NCBI RefSeq assembly: GCF_006345805.1
Contig: NC_043001.1
Location: 112,716,001-112,780,000, forward strand
Source of the DNA: Octopus sinensis
Taxonomy: Eukaryota
DNA: 64,000 nt
Reading direction: 5' to 3'
The translations under genes were made by a program, and so were the position numbers. Position 1 is the stretch's first letter, and each line of letters starts with the position of its first letter. Of the stretch, positions 1-12,200 are shown one piece after another. The notes beneath the pieces are model-generated. The model was not told the origin of the DNA, did not search any database, and saw only the letters and a list, made by a program, of their open reading frames with translations.

Positions 1-133
1 TTCAACTTGCAACAATGTCGACTTTGTTTTCGTCTTCTCGAGGTTGATAAAATAGGTACCAGTTCAGCTTTGGAGTCGATGTAATCGACTAGCCCCCACT
101 CCTCCAAAGCTGCTGGCCTTGTGCCAAAATTTT
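1..133 (+). mobile_element. Degenerate SINE family C fragment (Meta-domain-like core)
   Basis: GTCGACTTTG...GATAAAATAGGTACCAG...GTCGATGTAATCGACT...GCTGGCCTTGTGCCAAAATTT is similar to the intact copies at 32110 and 47631. Confidence 0.7.
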
Positions 134-304
134 TTACAATTTATTAATATTATTATTATTATTATTATCTTCGTGGTTAATTGTGGTAGTTTATGTTATT
201 AGAAAGTTGGATAGAATTATATACTTTCTCAAATTTCTCTCTCTCTCCCTCTCTCTCTCTCTCTCACACACATACACACACATAAATATATATATACATA
301 CATG

Positions 305-338
<34 letters not shown>

Positions 339-366
339 TATATATATATATATAATATATATATAA

Positions 367-408
<42 letters not shown>

Positions 409-819
409 AAGCAAATTTATACACATATATATATAAAATTCGCTTGCGCACACAGAAAGCAGGTGCGAGAGACAAGAGACGCTAGAAATAACAGAGGTGG
501 GAGAAAGATCAATCAATCGATAGTTAGATGCCTAGGAAACAAACTGACAAATATTTATTGGCAGACAAACGGATCGGGATAGCATTGACAAGAAGACAAA
601 TAGAGAAGGGAGACGGGCGGACGGTATGACAGAAGGTTATAGATACAAAAAGAATTGCTGGGGTGGTGCATGCAGGGAGGGGGAGAGAGAGGGGGGTAGG
701 GGATAAAGGTAGAGACAGACAGAGACACTGGCAGAGAGATGGAGATACAAAGAGAGATAGATAGATAGACAGGCAGATAAGTTGGCGGGCAGACAGATAG
801 GTAGACAGGTAGATATATA

Positions 820-865
820 GGCAGATAACGTGATAGATAGGGAGGCAGACAGACAGACAGACAGG

Positions 866-949
<84 letters not shown>

Positions 950-1229
950 CTGGTAGACAAATAGATAGATTGATAGACAAACAGACAGATAGATAGATAT
1001 GTTTCTTTATTAGCCACACAGGGCTGCACACAGACAGGACAAATTACAAGGTAGAGCTTTTTCTTTTGGGGGTAAAAAAAGGGGGTTTGGTTTCCGATCA
1101 AAAGGGATCGTAAAGGGAAAGAAAGAGGACAAAAAAGGGGGGAATAGATAGATAGATAGATAGATAGATAGATTCGTAGACAAATAGATAGACTGGTAGA
1201 CAAATAGATAGATTGATAGACAGATAGAC

Positions 1230-1280
<51 letters not shown>

Positions 1281-1321
1281 CAAATAGACAGACAGACAGA
1301 CACACACACACAGACAGACAC

Positions 1322-1414
<93 letters not shown>

Positions 1415-1420
1415 GATATC
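820..1420. repeat. (GATA)n/(GACA)n microsatellite block, interrupted at 999-1143
   Basis: Direct reading. Confidence 0.95.
999..1143 (-). mobile_element. 3' UTR fragment of a non-LTR retrotransposon with (ATCT)n tail
   Basis: Minus strand ends ...CTGTGTGCAGCCCTGTGTGGCTAATAAAGAAACAT(ATCT)n; about 50 nt resemble the SINE C tail. Confidence 0.55.
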
Positions 1421-2361
1421 GATATAGATATAAAAATAGATAGATAAAAAACTTAAGATATAAACAGTCAAACAGACGAACATTAAACGCTCGTCACCCT
1501 CCACCACATTTAATCTACCACCTCCGCCTACATCACCAACACCACTACAACCGCAGCCGTTTCAACCATACCACCACCACCTCCACCACAGCCGCCACCA
1601 CCGTTACCTCCACGACCCACACACCCATACATACATAGATATGCGCAAATAGAAAATTGTAATAGTGCGAAGTTGCCCAGGAGGAAGGAAGAGACACTTC
1701 ACGATAATGTTACCAAAGTGACTTGTTATCTTATAACACCACCGCTTTCCCTTCTTCTTCTTCTTCAACCTCCACCCCCACCCCCTCCGTCGTTGTCTCC
1801 TTGCACCCTCCTCCACTACCGCCACCATCCGTGGCACCACTGGCACCTCCGCCATCGTCACCAGCGGAGCAACTATATGAAGCAGTCATGCGTAACACAG
1901 TTTCCGCTACTCGTCCAATGAAACTACTTTACTTAACAAAAGAACGTCAGTTTAAGCAGGGAAGACTTTTTTTTTTTTTGCCAACGTCCAACCCACCAAA
2001 ACCCGACACAATCCAAAACCCCCAACACGCCGTTCGTTCTACCACCTTCCTCTAACCCAACGCCCCCCCCAACAGCCCCCACCCAACTGCCACCGCCGCC
2101 CCGTTTTCTATCCCAGCGCCGATTCCATCCCAGCGCCGATTCTAGCGACACCTCTTTCCTAACGTGGAGCACAGAAATAAGAATAACTCGAAACAAGAAC
2201 AATAACAACAACAATAACGCCACCCCACCGTCAAAAGCATGCGACTGGCCCCAAGGGCGATGGAAGTGTGCGCAAATGTTGAGGCTACCCACATTTTTGC
2301 ACACAACACACACAGACACTTCCCTTCACACGTACAACTATTTATGTGTGTAATATATGTG

Positions 2362-2733
2362 TGTGTATGTATGTATGTATGTATGTATGTATGTATGTAT
2401 GTATGTATGTATGTATGTATGTATGTATGTATGTATGTATGTATGTATGCATGCGCGAGCACAGACACTCATGTGTTTATACATACATACACATGAATAC
2501 GTATGAAAGCTTAGATGTATACATAGATGCAATCTCATCTACATGTTCATCCGTATGTATATACAATTAAATATTATATATAAATAGGTATAATGAATAA
2601 CTACAATGTATATTATATATAGATATATATACATACATATGTATGCACATATATATACATATATATATGCATATCTATATGTATGTTATATATGTATGCA
2701 TATATATATATATATATCTGTATTATATATCTG

Positions 2734-2782
<49 letters not shown>

Positions 2783-3015
2783 ATATATAATATATGTATG
2801 TATATAAAAAAATATATATGCTATGGAACATATACTTGTATAACTATATCAATTATCTACTTATATTTAATATATGTCTATACATATGTATGTGTTATAC
2901 ACAGGTTTGTCTTTGTGTGTGCGTATATGTACATACATACATGCATACATACATACATACATACATACATACATACATACATGCATACATACATACATAC
3001 ATACATACATACATG

Positions 3016-3046
<31 letters not shown>

Positions 3047-3060
3047 GCATGCATACATAC
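2362..3060. repeat. (TATG)n, (TA)n and (CATA)n microsatellites
   Basis: Direct reading. Confidence 0.95.
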
Positions 3061-3169
3061 GTAAAGACATTATATCCTGAAGCATGAGTTGATGCTGTAG
3101 TTATTGGCTTTCCAGTGGTTTAAGACAGGATGACAACGACGACACAGACGTTCGTCTTCTCAATAATGT

Positions 3170-3468
3170 TGTTGATGGTGATGATGATGATGATGATGAT
3201 GACAGCAGTGGTAGTGGTGGTGGCGGTGGTGGGGATTGGTTTAGTGGTTGCCGTTGTGGTGTAGGGCCCAACGATTGTAGTAATGGTGGTGGTATTAGTG
3301 GTAATGTTGATCTAGGAACAATCACAGCCATCATCACCTGACTCGGTGTCATCATCATCATCATCGTCATCGTCGTCATCATCATCATTATCATCATCAT
3401 TATAATCGTCATCATCATCATCATCATCATCCTAATCCTCATCGTTATCATCATCGTTACTATCACCA

Positions 3469-3505
<37 letters not shown>

Positions 3506-3579
3506 TATCATCATCATCATTATTGTAATCATCGTTGTCATCATCGCTACCATCATCATCATCGTCGTCGTCGTTGTCG

Positions 3580-3618
<39 letters not shown>

Positions 3619-3720
3619 CATCATCGCCATCATCATCATCATCAACATCATCATCATCATATCATCATCATCATCGCCATCATCGTAATCATCATCATTG
3701 TCACCGTCATCGTCATTATC
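3170..3720. repeat. (GAT)n then degenerate (CAT/CGT)n trinucleotide array
   Basis: Direct reading; it produces the spurious poly-M/S/H ORFs. Confidence 0.95.
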
Positions 3721-3852
3721 TGCATAGAAATGAAGATTACAATCGCAAACACTACAATATTCTCCATTTCCCAGATACTTTAAAGTTATGCCTTTGCTAG
3801 CGGTGCTGTGTTACACGCATGCATACACACAGACATAAACACACACATCACA

Positions 3853-3888
<36 letters not shown>

Positions 3889-4055
3889 CCTGCATAGAAG
3901 AAATCCGAACATGGTAAGCTTAACTATTGCTCCGTAGATTCAAAAACAAAATGAACAACCTTTATTATTTTTCAGACCTTATTAATTTCTAATCTGAGGT
4001 ATACACAGCCTTTGAGTAGTTCCAGACAAATAGGATTTTGCAAAATATATATAAG

Positions 4056-4777
4056 CAGTAATACCTCACTTTACGAGACCCCGGGTTTACAAGTCTCATT
4101 TTATAATATATATATATATATATATAGGCGCAGGAGTGGCTGTGTGGTAAGTAGCTTGCTAACCAACCACATGGTTCCGGGCAGCCCACTGCGTGGCTCT
4201 TGGGCAAGTGTCTTCTGCTATAGCTCCGGGCCGACCAATGCCTTGTGAGTGGATTTGGCAGACGGAAACTGAAAGAAGCCTGTCGTATATATGTATATAT
4301 ATATATATAAGTGTGTGTGTGTCTGTGTTTGTCCCTCTAGCATCGCTTGACAACCGATGCTGGTGTGTTTACGTCCCCGTAACTTAGCGGTTCGGCAAAA
4401 GAGACCGATAGAATAAGTACTGGGCTTACAAAGAATAAGTCCCATGGTCGATTTGCTCGACAAAAGGCGGTGCTCAAGCATGGCCGCAGTCAAATGACTG
4501 AAACAAGTAAAAGAGTAAAAGAGTATATACAAAATAAGAAAATGGAGAAATACATCTTAATCAATAATCAACTACCAGATAATACCCAATCACATAATTT
4601 ATTAAACCACTACATATGAACATTTTCTTATTTTGTATTATGAATTTGTGGTAAAACATTTTACCTTTGCCCATTTCTTAACATTTATGTATTAACTTTG
4701 TTGGGTGCTTTACTAGCAGTATATTGGATATATGTTATCCCATGGTGGGTTGCACTCACAACCCCTATCTCAATTTG

Positions 4778-4823
<46 letters not shown>

Positions 4824-5039
4824 GATATAATATATATATATATATATATAATATATATATATATATTTATACATATAGGTTAACAGCCATTCTGCGTGTG
4901 TGGCAACACTTGTTCTGACGAGCCTAAAATGGCGGCATAACATTTTATTGCTACTATGGGAAATTATTGCTCTGCTTTACGAGTTTTCGCTTTACGTTCA
5001 ATCTTCGAGAACAAATTAACTCGCAAAATCGAGGCATTA

Positions 5040-5042
<3 letters not shown>
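4056..5042. mobile_element. Decayed pogo/Tigger-like non-autonomous DNA transposon
   Basis: Left end CAGTAATACCTCACTTTACGAG (4056-4077); right end reverse complement TAGTAATGCCTCGATTTTGCGAG (5020-5042); a SINE A is nested inside; TA TSDs not preserved. Confidence 0.55.
4127..4525 (+). mobile_element. SINE family A, full length (tRNA-like head, internal TA/TG microsatellite, GTAAAAGA-repeat tail)
   Basis: GGCGCAGGAGTGGCTGTGTGGTAAG head and TGACTGAAACAAGTAAAAGA tail; about 18 homologous copies in the window. Confidence 0.9.
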
Positions 5043-5077
<35 letters not shown>

Positions 5078-5082
5078 CCACA

Positions 5083-5268
5083 TGTGAATCGTTGGCGATT
5101 TTTTTCCTCCGTCTTCCTTTCTTTTGGACTTTCCTATTTCTGAAGAAGAGCGTCTACTCGTAACGTTAAAGCATCTTCTTTCCTTTACCGAGCGTCTGCT
5201 AATACTTTACATGTACCACGTCCTCGCATTGTTGTTTCTTTTTTGTGTTTCTTCTTTTTGGGGATTTA
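5083..5268 (+). mobile_element. Penelope-like terminal repeat, family P2
   Basis: Homologous to 55221-55410 (minus); carries a hammerhead-like core; flanked by microsatellites. Confidence 0.65.
5136..5171 (+). ncRNA. Minimal hammerhead ribozyme, damaged (GAAA changed to GUAA)
   Basis: TTT-CTGAAGA-AGAG-CGTCTA-CTC-GTAA-CGT-T-AAA. Confidence 0.5.
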
Positions 5269-5312
5269 ATACATATAGATAGATAGATATATAGATAGAT
5301 AGATAGATAGAC

Positions 5313-5395
<83 letters not shown>

Positions 5396-5416
5396 GATAT
5401 ATATACATATACGTGA

Positions 5417-5735
5417 CACTCCGTCGGTTACGACGACGAGGTTTCCAGTTGATCCGATCAACGGAACAGCCTACTCGTGAAATTAGCGTGCAAGTGGCTG
5501 AGTACTCCACAGACACGAGATTCAGCGTGACACAGAATGGTACACGGGTACAGCAGAAACAGGCAGAAAGAGTGAGAGAAAGTTGTTGTGATAGAGTACA
5601 GCAAGGTTCACCCCCCCCGCCACTGCCGGAGCCTCGTGGAGTTTTAGATGTTTTCGATCAATAAACACTCACAACGTCCGATCTGGGAATCGAAACCGCC
5701 AGTCCGTTGCCCTAACCACTGGGCTATTGCGCCTC
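5417..5735 (-). mobile_element. SINE family B, diverged copy
   Basis: Reverse complement of the GAGGCGCAAT..CCCAGTGGTTAGGGC head and GTAACCGACGGAGTG tail. Confidence 0.85.
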
Positions 5736-5913
5736 AACACAGCATGACACAAACTTTTTGGAATCAAATCCGTACAGACGAAGTTGTTTTCACTAAAGAT
5801 GTTCATAATCACTAAATAATCACTAAAATGGAACAAAGAAAGCCCTTACACACGAAACATTCATTCAATAATGTTCGTCTTATGCTGCTTTCAAGAGAAC
5901 TTTTTCATATATG

Positions 5914-5969
<56 letters not shown>

Positions 5970-6069
5970 AATATATATATATATATATATATATATTATC
6001 ATCGTAATCATCATCATTGTTGTATCATCATATCATATAATACCATAAACATATATGTAGGAGGGGCTG

Positions 6070-6193
6070 GGTCCGCATGGTCCGAGGTCAGTGCCACTGC
6101 GTGGCACCTTGGACAAGTGTCTTCTACAACAGCCTCGGGTCGACCACAGCCTTGTAAGTGGATTTGGTAGACGGAAACTGAAAGAAGCCCGTC

Positions 6194-6237
<44 letters not shown>

Positions 6238-6370
6238 ATATATATATACATGTATGTATATATGTATGTGTATATGTTCGTGTATCTGTGTTTGTCCCAC
6301 CCCACCCCAATATAGCTTGACAACCCATGCTGATGCGTTTACGTCCCAGTAACTTAGCGGTTCGGCAAAA
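6070..6370 (+). mobile_element. SINE family A, truncated at both ends
   Basis: Core GGATTTGGTAGACGGAAACTGAAAGAAGCCCGTCG and TAACTTAGCGGTTCGGCAAAA. Confidence 0.85.
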
Positions 6371-6384
6371 ATATCCTTTTTCGT

Positions 6385-7135
6385 TACGAGATGAGCAGTT
6401 CCCGTGAGCACTATTTTTTGAATTTCGTACATTTTTAGATTTCCTGATATCTGAGATAGCTAACAATCAGCCCCTTTTGCTATCATTCCAAGGGCACCTA
6501 CGACAACAGGTATCGTTTTAGTCTTCATGTTCCACATTTTACCAATTTCTATTTCACGATCTTTATACTTACTCAGTTTTTGGTAGGTCTTGTCAGATAC
6601 ACTTTATGTTGATTGAAACAGTCATATCAATGAGGAAGCATGATTTTTGTCTGAATCCTTCAATAAAACGTCTGGTCTATTTGCATCTCTCTTTCTGTCA
6701 GTTTGAACAGTAAAGTTACAAAGGAGTGGGATGTGATCATTTTCACGCAGTGTAAGTGGTTTGTGTTCCCACCAGTTTTTATCATGGAGCACGTCCAGGT
6801 CCTTGAAAATTACTCAGTAAATATACAGTGCTACTCTATCATGCTTGTTGAGATACTCTGTCGGCGCAAGAAGTCTGTACATCGAGACATGATCGATGGT
6901 TTATGCTTATCGTTTACATACACGACATGAGCTACTGCGGTTCTTTAAGATGTTGACCTGGTAGCTTCTTGTAAGTTGGCATTGATCTTGGGCTGCTATG
7001 ATAAACCCTTCTGTCGCTGATTTTAAGCCGGGAGACACTAACCATTGATGAGAGAGGGCTTTGCCAACATTAGCATTATTAGCTCTCTTGCCATTTATCA
7101 GTGAGAATATCTAGGGAGCAGTCTTAGCAATGGTT
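6385..7135 (-). mobile_element. R4/Dong-clade non-LTR retrotransposon, decayed C-terminal region (zinc knuckle + restriction-like endonuclease)
   Basis: Minus translation with stops: GLKSATEGFIIAAQDQ, SCRVCK..TIDHV, HDRVA, NRPDVLLKD, KLSKYKD, IPVVVGALG, IQKIVLTGTAHL. Confidence 0.85.
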
Positions 7136-7314
7136 TTCCTATTAAGGGTTATATATTGTTAATTTGATGTATTTTTGTTTATTCCATGTTAAACTTGTTT
7201 ATACTCAAAATACTCACAACACACACTCATACACATACACACACACATTCTTTGTTTGTCCTGTAATGCCCATAATGTTTCTCTTAATGTAAACTCTTTG
7301 AGGTTGATAAAGAA

Positions 7315-7317
<3 letters not shown>

Positions 7318-7386
<69 letters not shown>

Positions 7387-7564
7387 TAGTTTTATTTTTT
7401 ATAGCGTGCTTTCACTTCACTACCGAGCGCAGCTCTGTGTGCCTTGGGTATGTGCTGTGATTTGTTGTGATGCTCTGATGGTTATTGTATGGAAAGTGTT
7501 CTGCGTAGGATGTGTGCAGTGCCTAGTAGTGCAATTTTCTGTGTGCAGTGCCTAGTAGTGCAAT
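7318..7564 (-). mobile_element. R4/Dong-like LINE 3' end with (AAT)n tail, 5'-truncated
   Basis: Minus: IALLGTAHILRRTLSIQ*, then a 3' UTR, then (AAT)n; (ATT)n repeats on both flanks. Confidence 0.85.
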
Positions 7565-7601
7565 ATTGTTGTTGTTGTTATTATTATTATTATTATCATT
7601 A

Positions 7602-7658
<57 letters not shown>

Positions 7659-7665
7659 TCTTATT

Positions 7666-7810
7666 AAGGCGGTGAGCTGGCAGAATCGTTGGCATGCCCT
7701 ACAATATGCTTAGCGGCATTTCGATAAAATAAGTATCGGTGAAGCACAGAGGTCAATGTAACTGACTTTCCCATCCCTCAAATTTGCTGGCCTTGTGTTC
7801 AAACAAGAAA
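7666..7810 (+). mobile_element. SINE family C with internal deletion
   Basis: AAGGCGGTGAGCTGGCAGAATCGTT head; GCTGGCCTTGTG tail region. Confidence 0.7.
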
Positions 7811-7866
7811 GGATTATAATTATCATTAAAGGCTAAACAAGTCTATGATTATGTGACAATGAATAA

Positions 7867-8140
7867 AGGAGAAGAGCCTAGAAAATGACACTTTTGATCT
7901 CTTTGATGAAACAGGAGTCACGCGGATGTTTTGCGCAGGATTTCTCAAATTACTCTAGGTTGTACCTCCAGCTACCCAGCTTCTAGGAGGAGTGGGGAAC
8001 ATTTCCTTGTTGACATATTATTGATATCTACTGTGTTTTGCTGGATTCTCCTTTTTGCTCCTCGATTTACAAATCACGATTGAGTTGTTTGTCGTTCTTT
8101 AACGTCTAGAGATCTTGAGGCCAATAAAGGAAACACTTAC
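7867..8140 (-). mobile_element. Possible 5' end of an R4/Dong-like element abutting (AAT)n
   Basis: Same strand as the neighbouring R4 fragments and starts directly at an (AAT)n array; assignment rests on recalled similarity and is unverified. Confidence 0.35.
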
Positions 8141-8187
<47 letters not shown>

Positions 8188-8529
8188 TACTTCCAAATCC
8201 AATTGCTGTCTAATGCTGTGTTAATAAGACCGTTCCTGATGGAAAAAAAAAAAACAAAGAACAAAACAATAAGTGATGTCCACAATCTTAAATGTCCAAC
8301 GATTTATGATCCGAAACCAGTCATAAAACAGGGCAAATTTCGCCATCCATGTGGAATATTCTTCTACGATGACCTAATCTAATTAGAGACGACGGAGATG
8401 TATGCCTCAATGCTGTACATAGATAGACATTGCAAGTTCTTGTCACGGTCGAATTAGTCTTTCATCCTTCTGGTTGCGGTTGAAGGTGGGAATGGAATCA
8501 TGAAAAATAAGTAGCAGAGACATACATAA

Positions 8530-8535
8530 CGTATG

Positions 8536-8569
<34 letters not shown>

Positions 8570-8870
8570 TGTGTGTATGTATGTATGTGTGTATATGTAT
8601 GTATGTATGTATGAATGTATGTATGTATGTATTATGTATGTATGTATGCATGCATGCATGTATGTATGTATGTATTATGTATGTATGTACGTATATATGT
8701 ATGTGTATGTATCTATACTTATATGCATGTATGTAAGCATGTAAGTATGCATGTATGTATTATGTATTATGTAAGCATGTATGTATGTAAGCATATAAAT
8801 TTATATGTATGTACGTATGTATGTATGTAAGTATGTATGTATGTACGTACGTACGTATGTATGTATAAGT
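8530..8870. repeat. Degenerate (TATG)n
   Basis: Direct reading. Confidence 0.95.
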
Positions 8871-8951
8871 AACGTATGGAAGATGGCGACGTTTCAGAAG
8901 ATGGATGCTGCTGGTAATAAAGATGGCGGTGTTGGTGGCGGCAATGTTGGA

Positions 8952-9051
8952 NNNNNNNNNNNNNNNNNNNNNNNNNNNNNNNNNNNNNNNNNNNNNNNNN
9001 NNNNNNNNNNNNNNNNNNNNNNNNNNNNNNNNNNNNNNNNNNNNNNNNNNN
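8952..9051. other. Assembly gap (100 N)
   Basis: Run of N. Confidence 1.
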
Positions 9052-9754
9052 CATAATGTGTGTATGTATGTATGTATTGTATGTATGTATGTATGTATGT
9101 ATGTATGTATGTATGTACGTATGGATGGATGGATGGATGGATGTATGACCTTCTCCTAGAAGGATGCTGTGACTATAGCTAGGGATCCCTCACTCCCAGT
9201 GGTCATCTCGCTTCGGCCTTTCGCTAGGCATTAGTCATGGAGGCTCAGAGAGTGGTGGTACTCGTGCTGTGCAAGCGTTTATCACCATAATTCTATAGTG
9301 GTACAGACGTCTCTTTATGGTGAATGCATTTTTCATTCCATCTGTCGAAAGTACTATGGTGACGGAAGAGTGGCAACGTGCGCAGACCTAGCCGGTTGGC
9401 AGGTTACAAATTTCGTCTGTTGCCTACGCTTAGAAAACCATGCAGCGTGACTGAGTAGTCATCTGAAAGGTCATGGACGGAAAGTAAGAAATGCTATTGA
9501 CAACGAGGAAGCACAAGGAGTCACGGTAATCATCTGTGAATATGGAGCAATCATGATGTGTGTATGTATGCATACATGCACGCATGCATGCATATATGTG
9601 TATACATTCACACACGCAAACACACACACACACACACACACACGCAGACACAGACACAGACACACACACAGACACACACACACACACACACGCAGACACA
9701 GACACACACGCACACACACACACACACGCACGCACACACGCACACACACACACA

Positions 9755-9785
<31 letters not shown>

Positions 9786-9866
9786 AAGGCTGTAAAGGTG
9801 CCGAAATCGTTGTGATCTCTCCTCGACAGCTGATGAAGAGAATATCCCGCAGTGCCTATTGTACGT

Positions 9867-9904
<38 letters not shown>

Positions 9905-10711
9905 CGTACTTATGTATGTATGCATATATGTATGCGTGTGTATATATATATATACACACATACACACACACACACGGTATTTGTTGTTGCGATACTATAT
10001 ATACGTTGGTCTTGTCCTAATTCTGCTTTATGTCACTCACTAGTTCACTCACCCTTACTAAGCCCCACCTACAAACCGTATACCGCCTGCTAAGTCGTCT
10101 TGTGCCTTTTTCTACATCCTTTTTCTTTTCTCCCTTCAATTCATTTAGCTGCCCGTCTTGTTACAGGACCCTTTTATCTTTACCAAAACCACACACACAC
10201 ACACATACACACACTCACACACACACACATGCATGTATTATATATTGTGTGATGTGTGATGTGTTTGCGGCTCTGTGTATACGAGTGTGTGTATGTTTGT
10301 ATGTGTATGTATGTATTAATTCCAGGTTGTTACTTTGCCCTTTTCTTTTGCATACAACTTAACATTTTCTTTCTTCCCCCACCACTCTCGCCCTTCTTCC
10401 TCCTCTTCGACCCCTTCTCTCTAGCTTTCTCTGAGCCTTTTACTTCAGTTTGATTAAGGCAAACATTAGAGCATATCCCAGCATCCCTTTCTCTAGTAAA
10501 CTTGAAAATCTACCACGGTTCTCTAAAGCTGTCTGTCTGAAGGTGTTGTTTGAGTGACAACCGACCGACCCGTCCATGTGCCCGGTGTATTGCTGTATGT
10601 GTATATGTTTTTGTGTGTGTGTTTGTGTTGTGTGTATGTGTGAGACGGGGAAATAAGAGAAAAGTGTAAGACACACACACGTGCACGCACATACATACAT
10701 AAATACATACA

Positions 10712-10860
10712 TACATATATACACGACAGGCGTCTTTCGGTTTCCGTCTACCAAATCCACTCATATGGCTTTCGTCAGACCTTGTCTATAATAGAAGACT
10801 CTAGGCCGAGGTTCTATGCAGTGGGACTGAACCTGGAACCATGGTTCCGGGCTCTTACCA
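10712..10860 (-). mobile_element. SINE family A, 5' half, diverged
   Basis: TTTCCGTCTACCAAATCCACTC...CAGTGGGACTGAACC. Confidence 0.8.
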
Positions 10861-10934
10861 GTTAGATAGATAGATAGATAAAGAGAGAGATATAGAGAAA
10901 GAGAGTGACAGACAGAGACAGAGAGGGCGAGAAC

Positions 10935-11365
10935 AGATTTTTTCGGTTTGAACGGCAGTTTTTAACATAATTTCCACGTAACTAAACACTTTTAAACTTC
11001 GTATACTGGTAGAATGTGTTTATAAAACATCTTTTTCTCTTGGCTTTATTGAGAAAATTCTATAGTTTGTAAGATATTTGTTGTTGTTTTTTCTTCAATT
11101 TCTGCAATTTCAACCAATCAGTGACGTCTATTGAGGTAAAAAAACATTCTGTGCCGTATGAATATGTCTCTCGTTTAAGAAACAGATAGGGTTTATTTAC
11201 ATTTGTGAAGAAAAAAATATACCCTTCCCCCCACCCCTAACCCTAAACCTAACCCTAACCCTAAAACAGATTGACATGCAATAGATCGATACTAGAGTCA
11301 TAATTATGGGTGAGAATTTCATATGACACCGCTAGAAAAAACTGCCTTTCAAACCGAAAAGATCC
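10935..11365 (+). mobile_element. Merlin-like MITE family M1
   Basis: TIR (G)GATCTTTTCGGTTTGAACGGCAGTTTTT / AAAAACTGCC..TCAAACCGAAAAGATCC; internal (CCCTAA)n; 4 copies in the window. Confidence 0.85.
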
Positions 11366-11379
11366 TAGAATAGAATAGA

Positions 11380-11449
<70 letters not shown>

Positions 11450-11716
11450 GAGGCAGAAAGTGTTGAATGGAAAAAGAAAGACAAAACGTGTGAAATAAAG
11501 AGGAGGAGGCAATCTCCGCCTTTCCTCTCCGAACTATGTAAGAGAAATAAAGAGACAGACTCGTATTACTTGTTATAATTAATTAGATTAAATTAAATTT
11601 CTTTTGCTTGTTTAAATTTTAGCCTTTTATGACAGGCATTCACACACGCACACACACACACACACACAAAGACACGCAAATACACACACAAAGCGTACCT
11701 GTCTAATAAAAAATAT

Positions 11717-11898
11717 ATGCAGGAGTAGCTGTGTGGTAAGTGGCTTGCTTACCAACCACATGGTTCCGGGTTCAGTTTTGCCTGCGTTGCACTTTGGCCA
11801 AGTGTCTTCTACTATAGTCTCGGGCCGACCAAAGCCTTGTGTGTGGATTAGGTAGACGGAAACTGAAAGAAGCCTGTCGCATATATATATATATATAT

Positions 11899-11936
<38 letters not shown>

Positions 11937-12200
11937 TGTATGTATGTATGTATGTATGTATGTATGTGTGTGTATATGTTTGTGTGTGTCTGGGTTTGTT
12001 CCCCCCCACCCACCCACAACATCACTTGCCAACCGATGCTGGTGTGTTTTCGTCCCCGTAACTTAGCGGTTTCGCAAAAAAAAAAAAGACCGTTGGAATA
12101 CGTACTAGGCTTACAAAGAATAAGTCTTGGGGTTGATTTGCTCGACTAAAGGCGGTGCTCCAGCATTGCCGCAGTCAAATGACTGAAACAAATAAAAGAA
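11717..12200 (+). mobile_element. SINE family A, full length
   Basis: Head, core and tail all present. Confidence 0.9.

Noticed and set aside
1510-2055. Proline-rich ORFs
   Set aside because: Derived from CCA/CCN low complexity; no splice or homology support
4911-4941. CTGACGA-GCC..GGC hammerhead-like start
   Set aside because: No GAAA and no stem III; the AAAATGGCGGC motif explains the GGC
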